A stretch of 64,000 bases of DNA from Polyangiaceae bacterium (GCA_044376115.1 JBILLK010000027.1:1-64000); one strand, 5' to 3'. Counted from the stretch's first letter, positions 1-10,126 are shown. The notes: generated by a model from the letters alone, not told the origin. A program made the numbers and translations.

Positions 1-2
1 CC

Positions 3-41
3 GACGTCGACCAGCTGAGCAAGGCGCGGCGCAAGTATTAA
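3..41 (+). CDS. 3' end of a gene entering from the left edge (..DVDQLSKARRKY*)
   Basis: Open frame from position 3 ending in TAA at 39-41; too short to identify. Confidence 0.45.
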   Translation, partial: DVDQLSKARRKY

Positions 42-121
42 ATCTTTAGCTCTCTCGTTGCGCGGGCCCCCACGCCAGCGTGGGGCAAGCAACGAGAGCC
101 ACTCGCGCCGAGCGACCTGTT

Positions 122-287
122 TCGACGTTGGGGCCGCGCGGAGAGCCTCCTCCCGAGCGCCCTCAACGCGAATCGACATTGAGGGCCGCGCGGAGAGCCT
201 CCTCCCGAGCGCCCTCAACGCGAATCGACATTGGGGCCGCGCGGAGAGCCTCCTCCCGAGCGCCCCTCAACGCGCGCCCTCAACGCG
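122..287. repeat. Tandem ~51-52 bp repeat (about 3 copies plus a partial) with internal inverted repeat, REP-like
   Basis: GGGCCGCGCGGAGAGCCTCCTCCCGAGCGCCC(C)TCAACGCG begins at 131, 183 and 234; TTGAGGGC can pair with GCCCTCAA; no unique spacers. Confidence 0.85.
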
Positions 288-324
288 TCGGTCACGAATC
301 GGCGCGCCGTGGTACCTGGTGGTT

Positions 325-1701
325 ATGGCTCGCCAACGTTCCAAGGTCGCGTTTCATCCATCGTGTCGGCGCTTCGGCGCTGTGGTCCTCGCGGCGTGGC
401 TCGCGGCGTGTTCGGGGGCGCCGTTGCCCGGCTCGGAACAGCTTCCTAGCGCGTCGGCCGGTCCGGTTGCTTCGCCTGGGCCAAGCGCCTCGGCGTCGCC
501 CTCTGCGTCCAGTGCTCAGCCGACGCCGTCGGGCTCGGCGGTGGCGCCGGGGCCGATCCCCAAGGTCGCGGTGACCGAGGTCGAGCGGAGTAACCAGTTC
601 GCGGCGCGGTTACTCAAGGAGGTCGCGCGGGGCTCTTCGACCAACACGACGCTGTCTCCGACGAGCGTTCGCCTGGCGATGTCGCTCGTCGCGCAGGGGG
701 CTAACGGCACGACCAAGAGCGAACTCGCGACGGCGCTCGAGCTCGACGCGAAGGACGCTGCAGGGGAGGCCGCCCGTGAGCTCGCCGACTGGAAGAAGCG
801 AGGGACCGAGGGGCCCACCGTCCGCATCGCGAACCGCGTATTCGCTGAGAAGACGTCGCCTTTCGAGCGCGCCTTCGTCGAGGTGGCGACGAAGCAGTTT
901 GCCAGTGGCGTAGACGCGCTCGACTTCGCAAACAACCCCGAACCCTCGCGAACCGCCATGAACGCCTGGGTCGCGAAGGAGACGGCCGGCAAAATCCCGA
1001 CGCTGTTTCCCCAGGGCTCGATCAAGCCGGAGACACGCTACGTCGTAGCGAATGCCGTGTACTTTCTCGGCACCTGGACGACGCCGTTCGACAAGAGCCA
1101 GACGACGCCGAAGCCGTTCTTCGTCGCAGGCGGTGAGACGTCCAAGCCGGCACCGATGATGCGCAAGACAGCGCACTTCGGCTTCCTCGAGGAGGAGAAC
1201 GCAAGCCTGGCGCTGCTGCCGTACCAAGGCGACACCATGGCCATGGTCGTGGTTTTGCCGAAGCAGCGCGCGGGTCTGGCCTCTGTGCTCGGCGCGCTCG
1301 ACGCGGCGACGCTGACGCGCTGGCACGAGGGGCTCAGCTCCTCCTCACGCGAGCTCGCGCTCGAGCTACCGAAGTTCGAACTCACAGCCGGTGGCAGCAT
1401 CAAAGACAAGCTGAGCGCTCTGGGCGTCAAGCAGGCCTTCACCGAGGGGGCCGACTTCTCCAGGATGGGCAGCGGGCGCTTCGCCATCAGCGACGTGTTC
1501 CACAAGACCTTCATCCGCGTGGACGAGAAGGGCACCGAGGCCGCCGCCGCGACCGGCGTGGTGATGGCACCGACCGAGTCCCTTCCTCCCGCGCCCATAC
1601 CCTTCGTCGTCGATCACCCGTTCGCGTACTACCTGGTCGACAAAACCAACGGCCGCGTTCTGTTCATCGGCGTCGTGAACGATCCGACAGCGGCGTCGTG
1701 A
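325..1701 (+). CDS. Serpin family lipoprotein (serine protease inhibitor)
   Basis: SPTS, NAVYFLGTW, LPKF, hinge EKGTEAAAAT, FVVDHPF; lipobox LAAC; ATG 325 chosen because the upstream extension translates the tandem repeat. Confidence 0.93.
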   Translation: MARQRSKVAFHPSCRRFGAVVLAAWLAACSGAPLPGSEQLPSASAGPVASPGPSASASPSASSAQPTPSGSAVAPGPIPKVAVTEVERSNQFAARLLKEVARGSSTNTTLSPTSVRLAMSLVAQGANGTTKSELATALELDAKDAAGEAARELADWKKRGTEGPTVRIANRVFAEKTSPFERAFVEVATKQFASGVDALDFANNPEPSRTAMNAWVAKETAGKIPTLFPQGSIKPETRYVVANAVYFLGTWTTPFDKSQTTPKPFFVAGGETSKPAPMMRKTAHFGFLEEENASLALLPYQGDTMAMVVVLPKQRAGLASVLGALDAATLTRWHEGLSSSSRELALELPKFELTAGGSIKDKLSALGVKQAFTEGADFSRMGSGRFAISDVFHKTFIRVDEKGTEAAAATGVVMAPTESLPPAPIPFVVDHPFAYYLVDKTNGRVLFIGVVNDPTAAS

Positions 1702-1756
1702 TGAGCCCGCTCAAGGGATCGCGAGCTCGGCGCTCTGGCGAATCCGCGCGAGCTGA

Positions 1757-2092
1757 CTAGCCCTTGATGAAGTCGACGCGCGCGATGCGCCCTGCGCGCA
1801 CGGTGTAGACCGCCGCGACCTCGAAGCGCTCGCCCTCGGGGGTTCGCGCGACGTCTTCGTGATCGATCACCGTGTTGGCGATGCAAATGCGGTGAACGAG
1901 CCGGGCGTGGTTTTGGGGGTACTGCGCGAACATCGCTGCGTAGCGCGCTCGAATCGCCGCTGCGCCGCGCAAGCTGATCTCACCGTTGAAGTCAGCGACC
2001 ACGCAGTCCTCCGCGAAATGGGCCATGTAGCCTTCGAGGTCCTGCGCGTTGTACGCGTCCAGTTGGCCTTGGGCCACGTCGCTCGGGTTCAT
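1757..2092 (-). CDS. NTF2/SnoaL-like (steroid delta-isomerase-like) protein
   Basis: QLDAYNAQDL..F..D, VIDHE, AVYTV..GRI pattern; 111 aa. Confidence 0.85.
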   Translation of the reverse strand: MNPSDVAQGQLDAYNAQDLEGYMAHFAEDCVVADFNGEISLRGAAAIRARYAAMFAQYPQNHARLVHRICIANTVIDHEDVARTPEGERFEVAAVYTVRAGRIARVDFIKG

Positions 2093-2152
2093 CCGTTCTT
2101 CTTAGTCGAGTCCCAGCCGGGGCCCAAGCGGGCCCATACGCTCCGTTCCCGC

Positions 2153-2800
2153 CTACGTGCTGCTCGGTACGTCGATGCACACGACGGCATCGAAGGTGCC
2201 GTCGACGAGCTGGCCAGCGTCGTCTTTGGCGAAGACCTTCAGCTTGCCGCGCGCTGCGTTCGAGCCGGCGTTTGTCGGCTTTTTGTCGATGCTGAGGATC
2301 TCGATGCGGCCTTCCGCGGGGCCGGTCCGCTTGCCGTTTTCACCATCGAAGATGAAGAAGGTGTCGCCGGCAGGCAGTGCGCCGGGGGCCGCTGCGGCTT
2401 CGGTCTCGACGTTAAGCATCCCGCTATCGACGACCCAGCCCATCATCTGCTTGCGGCTTTCGCACACGGCGGCAGCCGCGAGGTTGGTCTCCTTGCCCTT
2501 TTGACCCTCGTTTCGTTGCCACAGCTGGACGCGCTTGATGCGCCCCTTCTCGACGCGAACGAAGATCTGATCCGGCGCGAAGGGGTTGCGCGCCAAGCCA
2601 GCTGCCGATGGTGCGGCCGACGGGGCCGGTGCTGTCGCGCTGGCGGCTGATGAGGCGGCTGCGTCTGGGTTCGGTACCTCGGCACTCGTAAGCGAAGCCG
2701 ACGTATTCGGGTCGGCCGCGGTCGCTGGGAGGGGCGCGTCGGCACCGCAGCTTGCGAGGGCAAGGAAGGCGAGCGCCGCGAGAGGGAAGGCGTACTTCAT
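2153..2800 (-). CDS. Hypothetical lipoprotein
   Basis: MKYAFPLAALAFLALASC lipobox, Ala/Ser/Pro linker, globular C-terminal region. Confidence 0.7.
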   Translation of the reverse strand: MKYAFPLAALAFLALASCGADAPLPATAADPNTSASLTSAEVPNPDAAASSAASATAPAPSAAPSAAGLARNPFAPDQIFVRVEKGRIKRVQLWQRNEGQKGKETNLAAAAVCESRKQMMGWVVDSGMLNVETEAAAAPGALPAGDTFFIFDGENGKRTGPAEGRIEILSIDKKPTNAGSNAARGKLKVFAKDDAGQLVDGTFDAVVCIDVPSST

Positions 2801-2893
2801 CGCGCCGTTATAGCCGCGACTTGGGAACACGAAGGCCCGCTTTTTGACCCTTTTTGCGGAAAAACTGGGTCCTTCATTTTATTTTCGAGGCTC

Positions 2894-2920
2894 TGTCGAT
2901 TGGGGCCAAACACAAACGTC
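2894..2920 (+). promoter_or_regulatory. Putative ECF42-dependent promoter (TGTCGA-N17-CGTC)
   Basis: TGTCGA at 2894-2899 and CGTC at 2917-2920, ~48 bp upstream of the operon containing the ECF42-type sigma; matches the ECF42 motif as I recall it. Confidence 0.65.
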
Positions 2921-2967
2921 ATGGCGCTGAAGGGACGGTCCTTCGGAAAAACGAGAGAGAAACGGCC

Positions 2968-3477
2968 ATGTCGATTTTGACGGTGTTGGGGTACGGGGTT
3001 GGGGCGCTGATGACCATTTCTGCGAGCACGCTGCTGCTACCGCGCCACGTGACGGTGACGCGCAGCGCGACGGTGGCGGCGGCTCCGGAGGCGATCTTGA
3101 AGCTGGCCTCGTCGAACGCCGGCTATCAGGAGTTCAGCCCGTACAAGAGCGATCCATCGCTCAAGATTGAACTTGTAGGCCCAACGTCAGGCGTGGGTTC
3201 TGCGTTCAAGTTTACGTCGGATGACGTCTCAGGCATGCAGACGGTCTCGGCGGTATCTCCGTCGCGTGTGGACTACGCCATCGACCTCGGGCCGATGGGC
3301 AAACCCAATCAGAGCATCGAGGCCGTAGCCGACGGAGCGAGCACGAAGGTCACCTGGCGCATGGAGGCGGATATGGGCTTCAACCCGATCGGCCGCGTGA
3401 TGGGGTTGTTCATGGACGGCATGCAAGGCCCAGTGTTCGAGCAGGGTCTCAGCAACCTGCAGAACGTCGCTCGATAA
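2968..3477 (+). CDS. SRPBCC/polyketide cyclase family protein
   Basis: N-terminal hydrophobic segment, VTRSATV.A.PE, GVGS.F, TKVTW, FEQGL.NL. Confidence 0.85.
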   Translation: MSILTVLGYGVGALMTISASTLLLPRHVTVTRSATVAAAPEAILKLASSNAGYQEFSPYKSDPSLKIELVGPTSGVGSAFKFTSDDVSGMQTVSAVSPSRVDYAIDLGPMGKPNQSIEAVADGASTKVTWRMEADMGFNPIGRVMGLFMDGMQGPVFEQGLSNLQNVAR

Positions 3478-3514
3478 GTTGCTTCTGAATACACAGAAAC
3501 CAAAGGATCTCCCG

Positions 3515-3865
3515 ATGAAATACACGTTTTTGCTCTATTCGAACCCCGCCGACTACGCCAACGTTACGCCCGAGGACATGGAGCGCGAGAAGCAGGTGTA
3601 CGGCGCGTACATCGGCGCGCTGCAAGAGGCGGGCGTGTTTGTCGCGACCGATTGGTTGCAGCCGGTCGAGACGGCCACCACGGTGAGCACCGAGGATGGC
3701 AAGACCCGCATTCAAGACGGTCCCTTCGCCGCGACTCGCGAGACGCTGGGCGGTTACTTCATCATCGAGGCGCCCTCTCTCGACGTGGCGCTCGCCTGGG
3801 CGAAGAAATGCCCTGCGGCGCAATTCGGCAAGGTCGAGGTGCGCGCCTCGGCGATGGGCGTCTGA
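3515..3865 (+). CDS. YciI/DGPF-motif protein
   Basis: DGPFAATRETLGGYFII, VEVR; typical ECF42 partner. Confidence 0.92.
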   Translation: MKYTFLLYSNPADYANVTPEDMEREKQVYGAYIGALQEAGVFVATDWLQPVETATTVSTEDGKTRIQDGPFAATRETLGGYFIIEAPSLDVALAWAKKCPAAQFGKVEVRASAMGV

Positions 3866-5067
3866 TGCAGCCTGAAGCACGCGCGGCGCTTGCTGCGCGT
3901 GCGTCGTACGGTCGATTGGTGGCGCTGCTCGCGGCCCGCTACGGCGACATCGCGGGCGCAGAAGACGCGCTCGCCGATGCGTTCGTGGCGGCGCTCGAGA
4001 CGTGGCCGCGAGACGGTGTTCCGGACCGGCCCGAGGCTTGGCTGATGCGCGTCGCCAAGAACCGCGGTCTCGATGTGCTGCGGCGTACGGCGCGTAGTCC
4101 TGTTCGAACGCTGGAGGTCCTCCCCGACGTGGAACAAGAGCAGAACGAGGCTGAGGAGTTTCCCGACCGCCGCTTGGCGCTGATGTTCGTGTGCGCGCAC
4201 CCGGCGATCGACGCGGGCGTGCATACGGCGCTCATGCTCCAGACGGTGCTCGGCTTCGAGGCGACCGACATTGGCCGTTGTTTCGTGGTGTCTCCGACGG
4301 CGATCGCGCAGCGCTTGGTGCGCGCCAAACGCAAGATCAAAGACACCCGCATCGCCTTCGTCGAGCCGGAGCGCGCAGCCATGGCGGAGCGCCTACCGCC
4401 GGTGCTCGAGGCGATCTACGGCGCCTACGCTCTCGATTGGTTGCATGAGCCAGGTGGCCGCGACATGAGCGAGGAGGCGTGCTTCCTTTCGCAGCTGCTC
4501 ACCGAGCTGCTGCCGAGCGAACCGGAAGTGCTCGGTAACGCGGCGCTGATCGCGTACGCCCACTCAAGGCGTCATGCTCGCTTTCGTGAGGGCATGCTGG
4601 TGCCGCTCGACGAGCAAGACGCGTCGTTGTGGGATGCCTCGCTCATGAGCAAAGCAGAGGCGTATCTGCGGCGCGCGTCCGGCATGCAGCGCCTCGGTCG
4701 GTTTCAACTCGAGGCCGCCATTCAACAGGCGCAGCTCCGAGGGCACAGTATCGGCCAGACCGACTGGCGAGGCGTGCTCTTGCTCACCGAAGGTCTGTGT
4801 CGGATGTGGCCTTCGCTCGGAGCGGAGGTCAGCAAAGCCGTCGCTGTTGCGCATGTCGCCGGAGATGCAGCGGGCCTGCGCGTTCTGCGAGACCTGCCAC
4901 AAGCTTCAGTCGCTGGTTTCCAGCCATGGCACGCCGCCCACGCACACCTCTTGGCCCAACTCGGGAAGACGGCCGAAGCTCGAGAGGCGTATGCAAAAGC
5001 CATCGCGCTCACGGTCGACGCCGCGAGTCGCAAATGGTTGGAGATGAAGCGCGCGGCGCTGGGGTGA
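3865..5067 (+). CDS. ECF sigma factor, ECF42 type, with C-terminal TPR-like extension
   Basis: AEDALADAF..ALETWP..GVP..PEAWL, RLALMFVCAHP, QRLVRAKRKI, FQLEAAIQ; TGATG overlap with the YciI gene. Confidence 0.92.
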   Translation: MQPEARAALAARASYGRLVALLAARYGDIAGAEDALADAFVAALETWPRDGVPDRPEAWLMRVAKNRGLDVLRRTARSPVRTLEVLPDVEQEQNEAEEFPDRRLALMFVCAHPAIDAGVHTALMLQTVLGFEATDIGRCFVVSPTAIAQRLVRAKRKIKDTRIAFVEPERAAMAERLPPVLEAIYGAYALDWLHEPGGRDMSEEACFLSQLLTELLPSEPEVLGNAALIAYAHSRRHARFREGMLVPLDEQDASLWDASLMSKAEAYLRRASGMQRLGRFQLEAAIQQAQLRGHSIGQTDWRGVLLLTEGLCRMWPSLGAEVSKAVAVAHVAGDAAGLRVLRDLPQASVAGFQPWHAAHAHLLAQLGKTAEAREAYAKAIALTVDAASRKWLEMKRAALG

Positions 5068-5132
5068 GTGCCGATTTACGGAAAATCGAGCGCCTGAACT
5101 CGATGACGAACCGGGGTGGACAAGTGATCAAG

Positions 5133-6362
5133 ATGGCGAGCATGTCGCGAGACCAGTTTAGCGAGCGGGTCGCTTGGGTCCTCGTTTTGATGTTCGGTTG
5201 TGGAGGCTCGCCGTCACCAAGCGAGGTCGCGCCGGTGGAACCACAGCAGTCGGTCGCTCTCGCGAAGCCTCCTGCACCGGCCCTCGCCAAAGGGCCGCTC
5301 CAGGGCGTCCAATCGGTCACCGCCGGGCTCGGTCACACGTGCGCGCTGCTCAACAGCGGCAAGGTCGTGTGTTGGGGTGAAAACGGTGTTGGTCAAGCGG
5401 GGATTTCTCCGAGCGAGGGCGCGATCGCAAGGCCGCATGTCGTGCAAGGACCAGCCAATATCTCGGAGGTCCGTGCCGGCGCGTTTCATACCTGCGCCCG
5501 TGAGCTAGAGGGCGTCGTGTGGTGTTGGGGAAGCCTCGAGCGCGGCACCACAAACCACACCGTGTCGAGGGTGTTGCCGCCGTCCCCTCAGAACGCGCTC
5601 GCTGGGGCCGCGCGCCCAGTCTTTACGGCCACCGGAGCGCTAACGGGCGCCCGCTCGCTCAGCTTGTCACGTGCGCGTCCGTTGGCGTGTGCAGCGACGG
5701 TGGACGAGGTCGTGTGCTGGCCGACGCGCGATCCGATGTTGGGGCCGGTCGACGCGACGCGGGAACGGTGGCCGGGTGTCGTCCAGGTTGCGGTCGGCGA
5801 CAATTACGTCTGCGGGCTTGTGAACCTCGAGGGCAAGTCCAAGGTCCAATGCCGGCGTTCTCAGGGCGCGCCCACCGACGTGAAGCTGCCGCCGGGCTTC
5901 GTGCCCGCCGAGATTTCCGCCGGGACGCTGCACCTTTGCGTCCGCTCCGAGAGCCGCGAGCTGCTGTGTCATCGACAAGGGGTTGGAGAAAATTGGTGGG
6001 AGAAGCCGGCGACGAAGATCACTGGCGCAGGGGACGTCGTGGACGTCGAGGCTGGTGGAGACTTCGTCTGCGCGACCAACACGGTCGGTGAGGTTTCGTG
6101 CTTCCTCGCAGAGCCGGAGGGTCTCGACGAAGAGACAATCCGCACGGCGTGGGCGGCCCCGCGGGACCAGGCACGCATCATCGCTGGTGTTCGTGGTGTT
6201 CAGGTCGCGGCGGGTGTCGCCCTCAATGCGTTTGGCCATGGTCACGCGTGCGTGGTGGATGCCGAACAGCACGTCTTTTGCTGGGGTGACGGCGAGAGCG
6301 GTCAGCTCGGCCGCAGTGAGCTCGTGACCTCTTCAGGACCGGCCGAGGTGCTGGTCCCTTAG
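5133..6362 (+). CDS. RCC1/BLIP-II repeat lipoprotein
   Basis: Repeated AG..HTCA....G.V.CWG..GQ units; lipobox MFGC; start approximate. Confidence 0.85.
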   Translation: MASMSRDQFSERVAWVLVLMFGCGGSPSPSEVAPVEPQQSVALAKPPAPALAKGPLQGVQSVTAGLGHTCALLNSGKVVCWGENGVGQAGISPSEGAIARPHVVQGPANISEVRAGAFHTCARELEGVVWCWGSLERGTTNHTVSRVLPPSPQNALAGAARPVFTATGALTGARSLSLSRARPLACAATVDEVVCWPTRDPMLGPVDATRERWPGVVQVAVGDNYVCGLVNLEGKSKVQCRRSQGAPTDVKLPPGFVPAEISAGTLHLCVRSESRELLCHRQGVGENWWEKPATKITGAGDVVDVEAGGDFVCATNTVGEVSCFLAEPEGLDEETIRTAWAAPRDQARIIAGVRGVQVAAGVALNAFGHGHACVVDAEQHVFCWGDGESGQLGRSELVTSSGPAEVLVP

Positions 6363-6565
6363 AAGCCCATGCTTCTGCACGTCCGCATGGCGAACTCGGT
6401 CGAGGCCGTGGACGCTTTTGCGTTGGCGCCGCGCATTTCGTGTAGCCGTTTGAGCGGGACGGTATGCATCCGCGTCGCTACACTCATCCGCTCGCGCGTG
6501 TGTGGGCGTGCAACGACGAGGTGGTTATGACTCGGCCGCGGCTGTGCAGACGGTTGGTTACGAGG

Positions 6566-7993
6566 ATGTTGCTGACTCCCATTGCGCTCCTCGCGATAGC
6601 CTTGCCGGTCGCTTGCGAGGAGCCGCCGCTGCCAGCTGAGGAGATCATCAAGTTTCCCGGGGGAACCACGCAACTTCGCGTCGTGCCGCTTGGGGATCTG
6701 GAGTCGACTCCGAGTCGTATCGAGCGCTCCTCCGACATGCTGGGCATGACTTTCTTCATGTGGGCCGAACAAGCGGATGTGGACCTCTCCGCAGCCGGCA
6801 AGCCGTTGGTTCTCGACGACGATATCGTTTCGGGCGGTGAGGCTAGTATAGCGATCGTCTACGACGACGACGGCACCAGCCGCTTCACGGTACCTTCCGG
6901 CATCGGAGATTCGCCCGACGGCGCAGAGGATGCTCTCGAGCTTCGAGTGGGAGAGGACGCCAGCGTGGGCGAGGGCTACGCGATCATCCGTGAAGGAGAA
7001 TTCACTGGCGGCTTGATCGACTTCAGTGTGCTGCTCGCAAGCGAGATCGATCGAGGGCACGTCGAGGAAGTTCTCGCGCTCGTGATGGAGGACTTCGCGG
7101 GCCTTTCGCTCGGGCAAGTGACGTTCATTGGGCTTCCGGACGAGGCCTTGATTGTCGACAGCCGAGAGGAGATTAGGCGCCTGACGCCACGGCCATGGAA
7201 CATCCTGCGCACGCCCTCGGTAAGTGTCCTCGTCAACACCGGGTTCGGTCCGGACCTGAGCGACAACGGCAGCCTGCTCGGCATCTCGCCTCTACCGGGG
7301 ATTGCGCTGCAGGGAATGCACGCAGACGTGCTCACCTTTCGAGTCTCCGAAGACGCGAGTTACGACGCGATCGTGTTGCGCCATGAATTGGGTCACTTCG
7401 CGGGTCTCTTTCACAGCGAGGAAGGATTCTTCGAGGTAGTCGACGCCTTCGAGGACACCGAGGATTGCCCGAATTTTCCTGGGGATTGCGACACGATGGA
7501 AAGCTGCGGCTGCGTCGAACCGAATCTTATGTTCCCCGCCGTTCTCGATGGTGCGGCGCGCAGCTTGTCTCCTTCGCAAGAGCGCTTGATTCAAGGCAGC
7601 ACGCTCTATCGGGACGAGGTCAGCGCCAACCCTGACTCGTCGGCCAAGCACACGCGCAAGCAAACCTATGCGGGCTGGCGCGGCCGAGTAACGAGCAAAG
7701 CCGCCTTCACGATTGGTCACCTCTGCGAAGGACCCTTGCCTGTTCTCGACCAAGCGGATCGCGCGACAATGCTCGGGTTGGCGCAAGACCCCAGCGTTTC
7801 TCCGGCCATTCGCCGCCGGGCGTTGGAGGGGCTCACGAACCCCACACCCGAGGAGCGCAGCGCGATCGTCGCGCTGGCGAGCAGCGACGCCCCGCGCTCC
7901 GTCCTGCTCGGTGTCATATCCGCGCTCGGTAAAGAGCATGCACGACAGGTCGTTCCGACGAAGGACCGAGCCGTGCGCGAGCATTTGCGCTGA
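6566..7993 (+). CDS. Metzincin-type zinc metalloprotease lipoprotein (M43-like) with helical C-terminal region
   Basis: HELGHFAGLFHS (HExxHxxGxxH), Met-turn NLM, lipobox PVAC; start approximate. Confidence 0.75.
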   Translation: MLLTPIALLAIALPVACEEPPLPAEEIIKFPGGTTQLRVVPLGDLESTPSRIERSSDMLGMTFFMWAEQADVDLSAAGKPLVLDDDIVSGGEASIAIVYDDDGTSRFTVPSGIGDSPDGAEDALELRVGEDASVGEGYAIIREGEFTGGLIDFSVLLASEIDRGHVEEVLALVMEDFAGLSLGQVTFIGLPDEALIVDSREEIRRLTPRPWNILRTPSVSVLVNTGFGPDLSDNGSLLGISPLPGIALQGMHADVLTFRVSEDASYDAIVLRHELGHFAGLFHSEEGFFEVVDAFEDTEDCPNFPGDCDTMESCGCVEPNLMFPAVLDGAARSLSPSQERLIQGSTLYRDEVSANPDSSAKHTRKQTYAGWRGRVTSKAAFTIGHLCEGPLPVLDQADRATMLGLAQDPSVSPAIRRRALEGLTNPTPEERSAIVALASSDAPRSVLLGVISALGKEHARQVVPTKDRAVREHLR

Positions 7994-8033
7994 TGCCGGC
8001 GAGCGGCTACGAGCCTGAGCAGATCGTCTCGCG

Positions 8034-8636
8034 CTAGCGTTCGGTCCGTCGTGACCTCTTCGGCTGCGACGAGACCGATTCGTTCACGGCGTGATTTCGC
8101 AGCGAGCCGGCGCCCCGCACGAGGTTCTCTCTTCCCCGCTGCTCATAGGTCGGCCAGCCAAAGGCTCCTGTCGTGGGGTCTTCGACTCCCAATTCGCAAC
8201 GGTCGCCCTTTGGAAGATTCGAGAACAAGCCGTCGTCACGCGACTTCAACAGCAGGGCGACAAGAAGCGTTCCGATGACTTCGGTGAGCGCAGCGTCGTC
8301 GCATCTCTTGGACTTGCCGTCGTGAGTGACGACCGAGGCCATTGCGCCCTTGCTTACAGCTTGGACTGCAGGCAGCCAAAGCTCTCGTGGCAGCTTGCCG
8401 AAATCAGGATGAGTGGGACTACCGTCTGGCTTGCTGCCCGGCTCCGTGTCGAAGTGTAAATGCACCCATGGCGTCGATTGGCTGTCGCCGAGCGAGAAGA
8501 CCAAATCGATCCGAGTGACAGGCGGATGATTCTTCGCCGTGCGCGCCGAGAGATGTTTAGTCGCATATCTCTTGACGGCGTCTGCGAGCATCGACTGGAT
8601 GTCCGTCGCATCTCGTCGCAGGTCGATCAACACCAT
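8034..8636 (-). CDS. Hypothetical protein
   Basis: 200-aa ORF with protein-like composition filling the gap between two + strand genes; no motif recognised. Confidence 0.6.
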   Translation of the reverse strand: MVLIDLRRDATDIQSMLADAVKRYATKHLSARTAKNHPPVTRIDLVFSLGDSQSTPWVHLHFDTEPGSKPDGSPTHPDFGKLPRELWLPAVQAVSKGAMASVVTHDGKSKRCDDAALTEVIGTLLVALLLKSRDDGLFSNLPKGDRCELGVEDPTTGAFGWPTYEQRGRENLVRGAGSLRNHAVNESVSSQPKRSRRTER

Positions 8637-8845
8637 CAGCCGTACCCCCGAGTAAGTCGCCGAACGTACCGGCGCTCTGTTGCGGATGCCAGAATGCTCC
8701 ATGGATAGGAGCCGATTCAGCCCAGAGCGCGATCCTCGAGGCCCGGCCGACCGCATGCGGCTCCCTGCTGACTGCCTCTCACACCGAGCCGCCTGGACGG
8801 AGACTTACGCGAACCGGCGCCTCACGTTCCAGGTAGCCTGCGCGC

Positions 8846-10126
8846 ATGCAAATCCTGAAGAGCCCAGCGGAGGTCGTCGGTCATGTGGAGAGCGGTCAGC
8901 GCGTGTTCGTCCATGGGAGTGCAGCGACACCAAACGGGCTGCTAAACGCGCTCCTCGAACGCGCAGGCGAGGTCACACGCGTGGACTTGGTCGCGATCAG
9001 CACGTTGGGCGAGTTGGCCTGGGATCGTCCGTCGGTGCGCGAGCATATGTCGCTCAACTCCCTGTTCGTCTCAGCCAACGTCCGCCCCTGGGTCGACCAA
9101 CACAACGGGGACTACACGCCCGTATTTCTGAGCGAGATCCCGGGGCTCTTTCGTCAGCGCGTGCTCCCGCTCGACGTTGCGATGATCCACGTGTCGCCGC
9201 CGGACAAGCACGGCTATTGCTCGCTCGGGACCTCGGTCGATGCGGCGCTCGCGGCTATCCAAACAGCGCCCATGATCCTCGCGCAGATCAACCCGCGTAT
9301 GCCACGAACCCTCGGGGACGGCTGCGTGCACGTATCGCGGATCGACTTTGCGATCGAAGCTCCGAGCGAGCTCCCCGAGGTGAGCTACGCGAAGGAGGTC
9401 GACGACACCACGCGCGCGATCGGTCGACGCGTCGCGGAGCTGATCGAGGACGGTTCGACGCTACAAATGGGGATCGGCGGGATCCCCGATGCGGTGCTCG
9501 GGTTCCTCGGCGATCACAAGGAGCTCGGTATCCACACCGAGATGTTCAGCGACGGCGTCGTCGGCCTCGTCGAGAAGGGCGTCGTCACCAACCGCCACAA
9601 GAAGGTCGAGCCCAACAAAATCCTGAGCACGTTCGTCCTCGGGACGCGCAAAGTCTACGACTTCGTCGATGACAATCCGATGGTGTTTCTGCGCGACGTG
9701 GCCTGGACGAACGACACCGCGGTGATTCGAAAGAACCCGAAGGTCGTCGCGATCAACAGCGCGCTCCAGATCGACCTCACGGGTCAAGTCTGCGCGGACT
9801 CGCTCGGCACGCTTCAGTACTCCGGTATCGGTGGGCAGATGGACTTCATGCGCGGTGCGGCTCTGTCACCGGGAGGGAAGCCAATCATCGCGATGCCGTC
9901 CAAGACGAGCAAGGGCGTCTCTCGCATCGCGGCGCTCCTCAACCCGGGAGCGGGCGTCGTGACGACACGCGGTCACGTGCATTGGGTCGTCACTGAGCAC
10001 GGGACGGTAAATCTCTACGGCAAGGGTCTCCAAGAGCGCGCCCGCCTTTTGATTGGCATCGCTGCGCCCGAACATCGAGAAGGCCTTGAGAAGGCGTATC
10101 GCGAGCGATTCGTGCACAGGGTGTGA
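8846..10126 (+). CDS. Acetyl-CoA hydrolase / 4-hydroxybutyrate CoA-transferase
   Basis: LQMGIGGIPDAV, HTEMFSDG, SGIGGQMDF, VVTEHG. Confidence 0.95.
   Translation: MQILKSPAEVVGHVESGQRVFVHGSAATPNGLLNALLERAGEVTRVDLVAISTLGELAWDRPSVREHMSLNSLFVSANVRPWVDQHNGDYTPVFLSEIPGLFRQRVLPLDVAMIHVSPPDKHGYCSLGTSVDAALAAIQTAPMILAQINPRMPRTLGDGCVHVSRIDFAIEAPSELPEVSYAKEVDDTTRAIGRRVAELIEDGSTLQMGIGGIPDAVLGFLGDHKELGIHTEMFSDGVVGLVEKGVVTNRHKKVEPNKILSTFVLGTRKVYDFVDDNPMVFLRDVAWTNDTAVIRKNPKVVAINSALQIDLTGQVCADSLGTLQYSGIGGQMDFMRGAALSPGGKPIIAMPSKTSKGVSRIAALLNPGAGVVTTRGHVHWVVTEHGTVNLYGKGLQERARLLIGIAAPEHREGLEKAYRERFVHRV

Noticed and set aside
122..287. CRISPR array
   Set aside because: Units are contiguous with no unique spacers, and no cas genes are present
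58..324. N-terminal extension of the serpin ORF
   Set aside because: It translates the tandem repeat; the signal peptide and lipobox follow ATG 325
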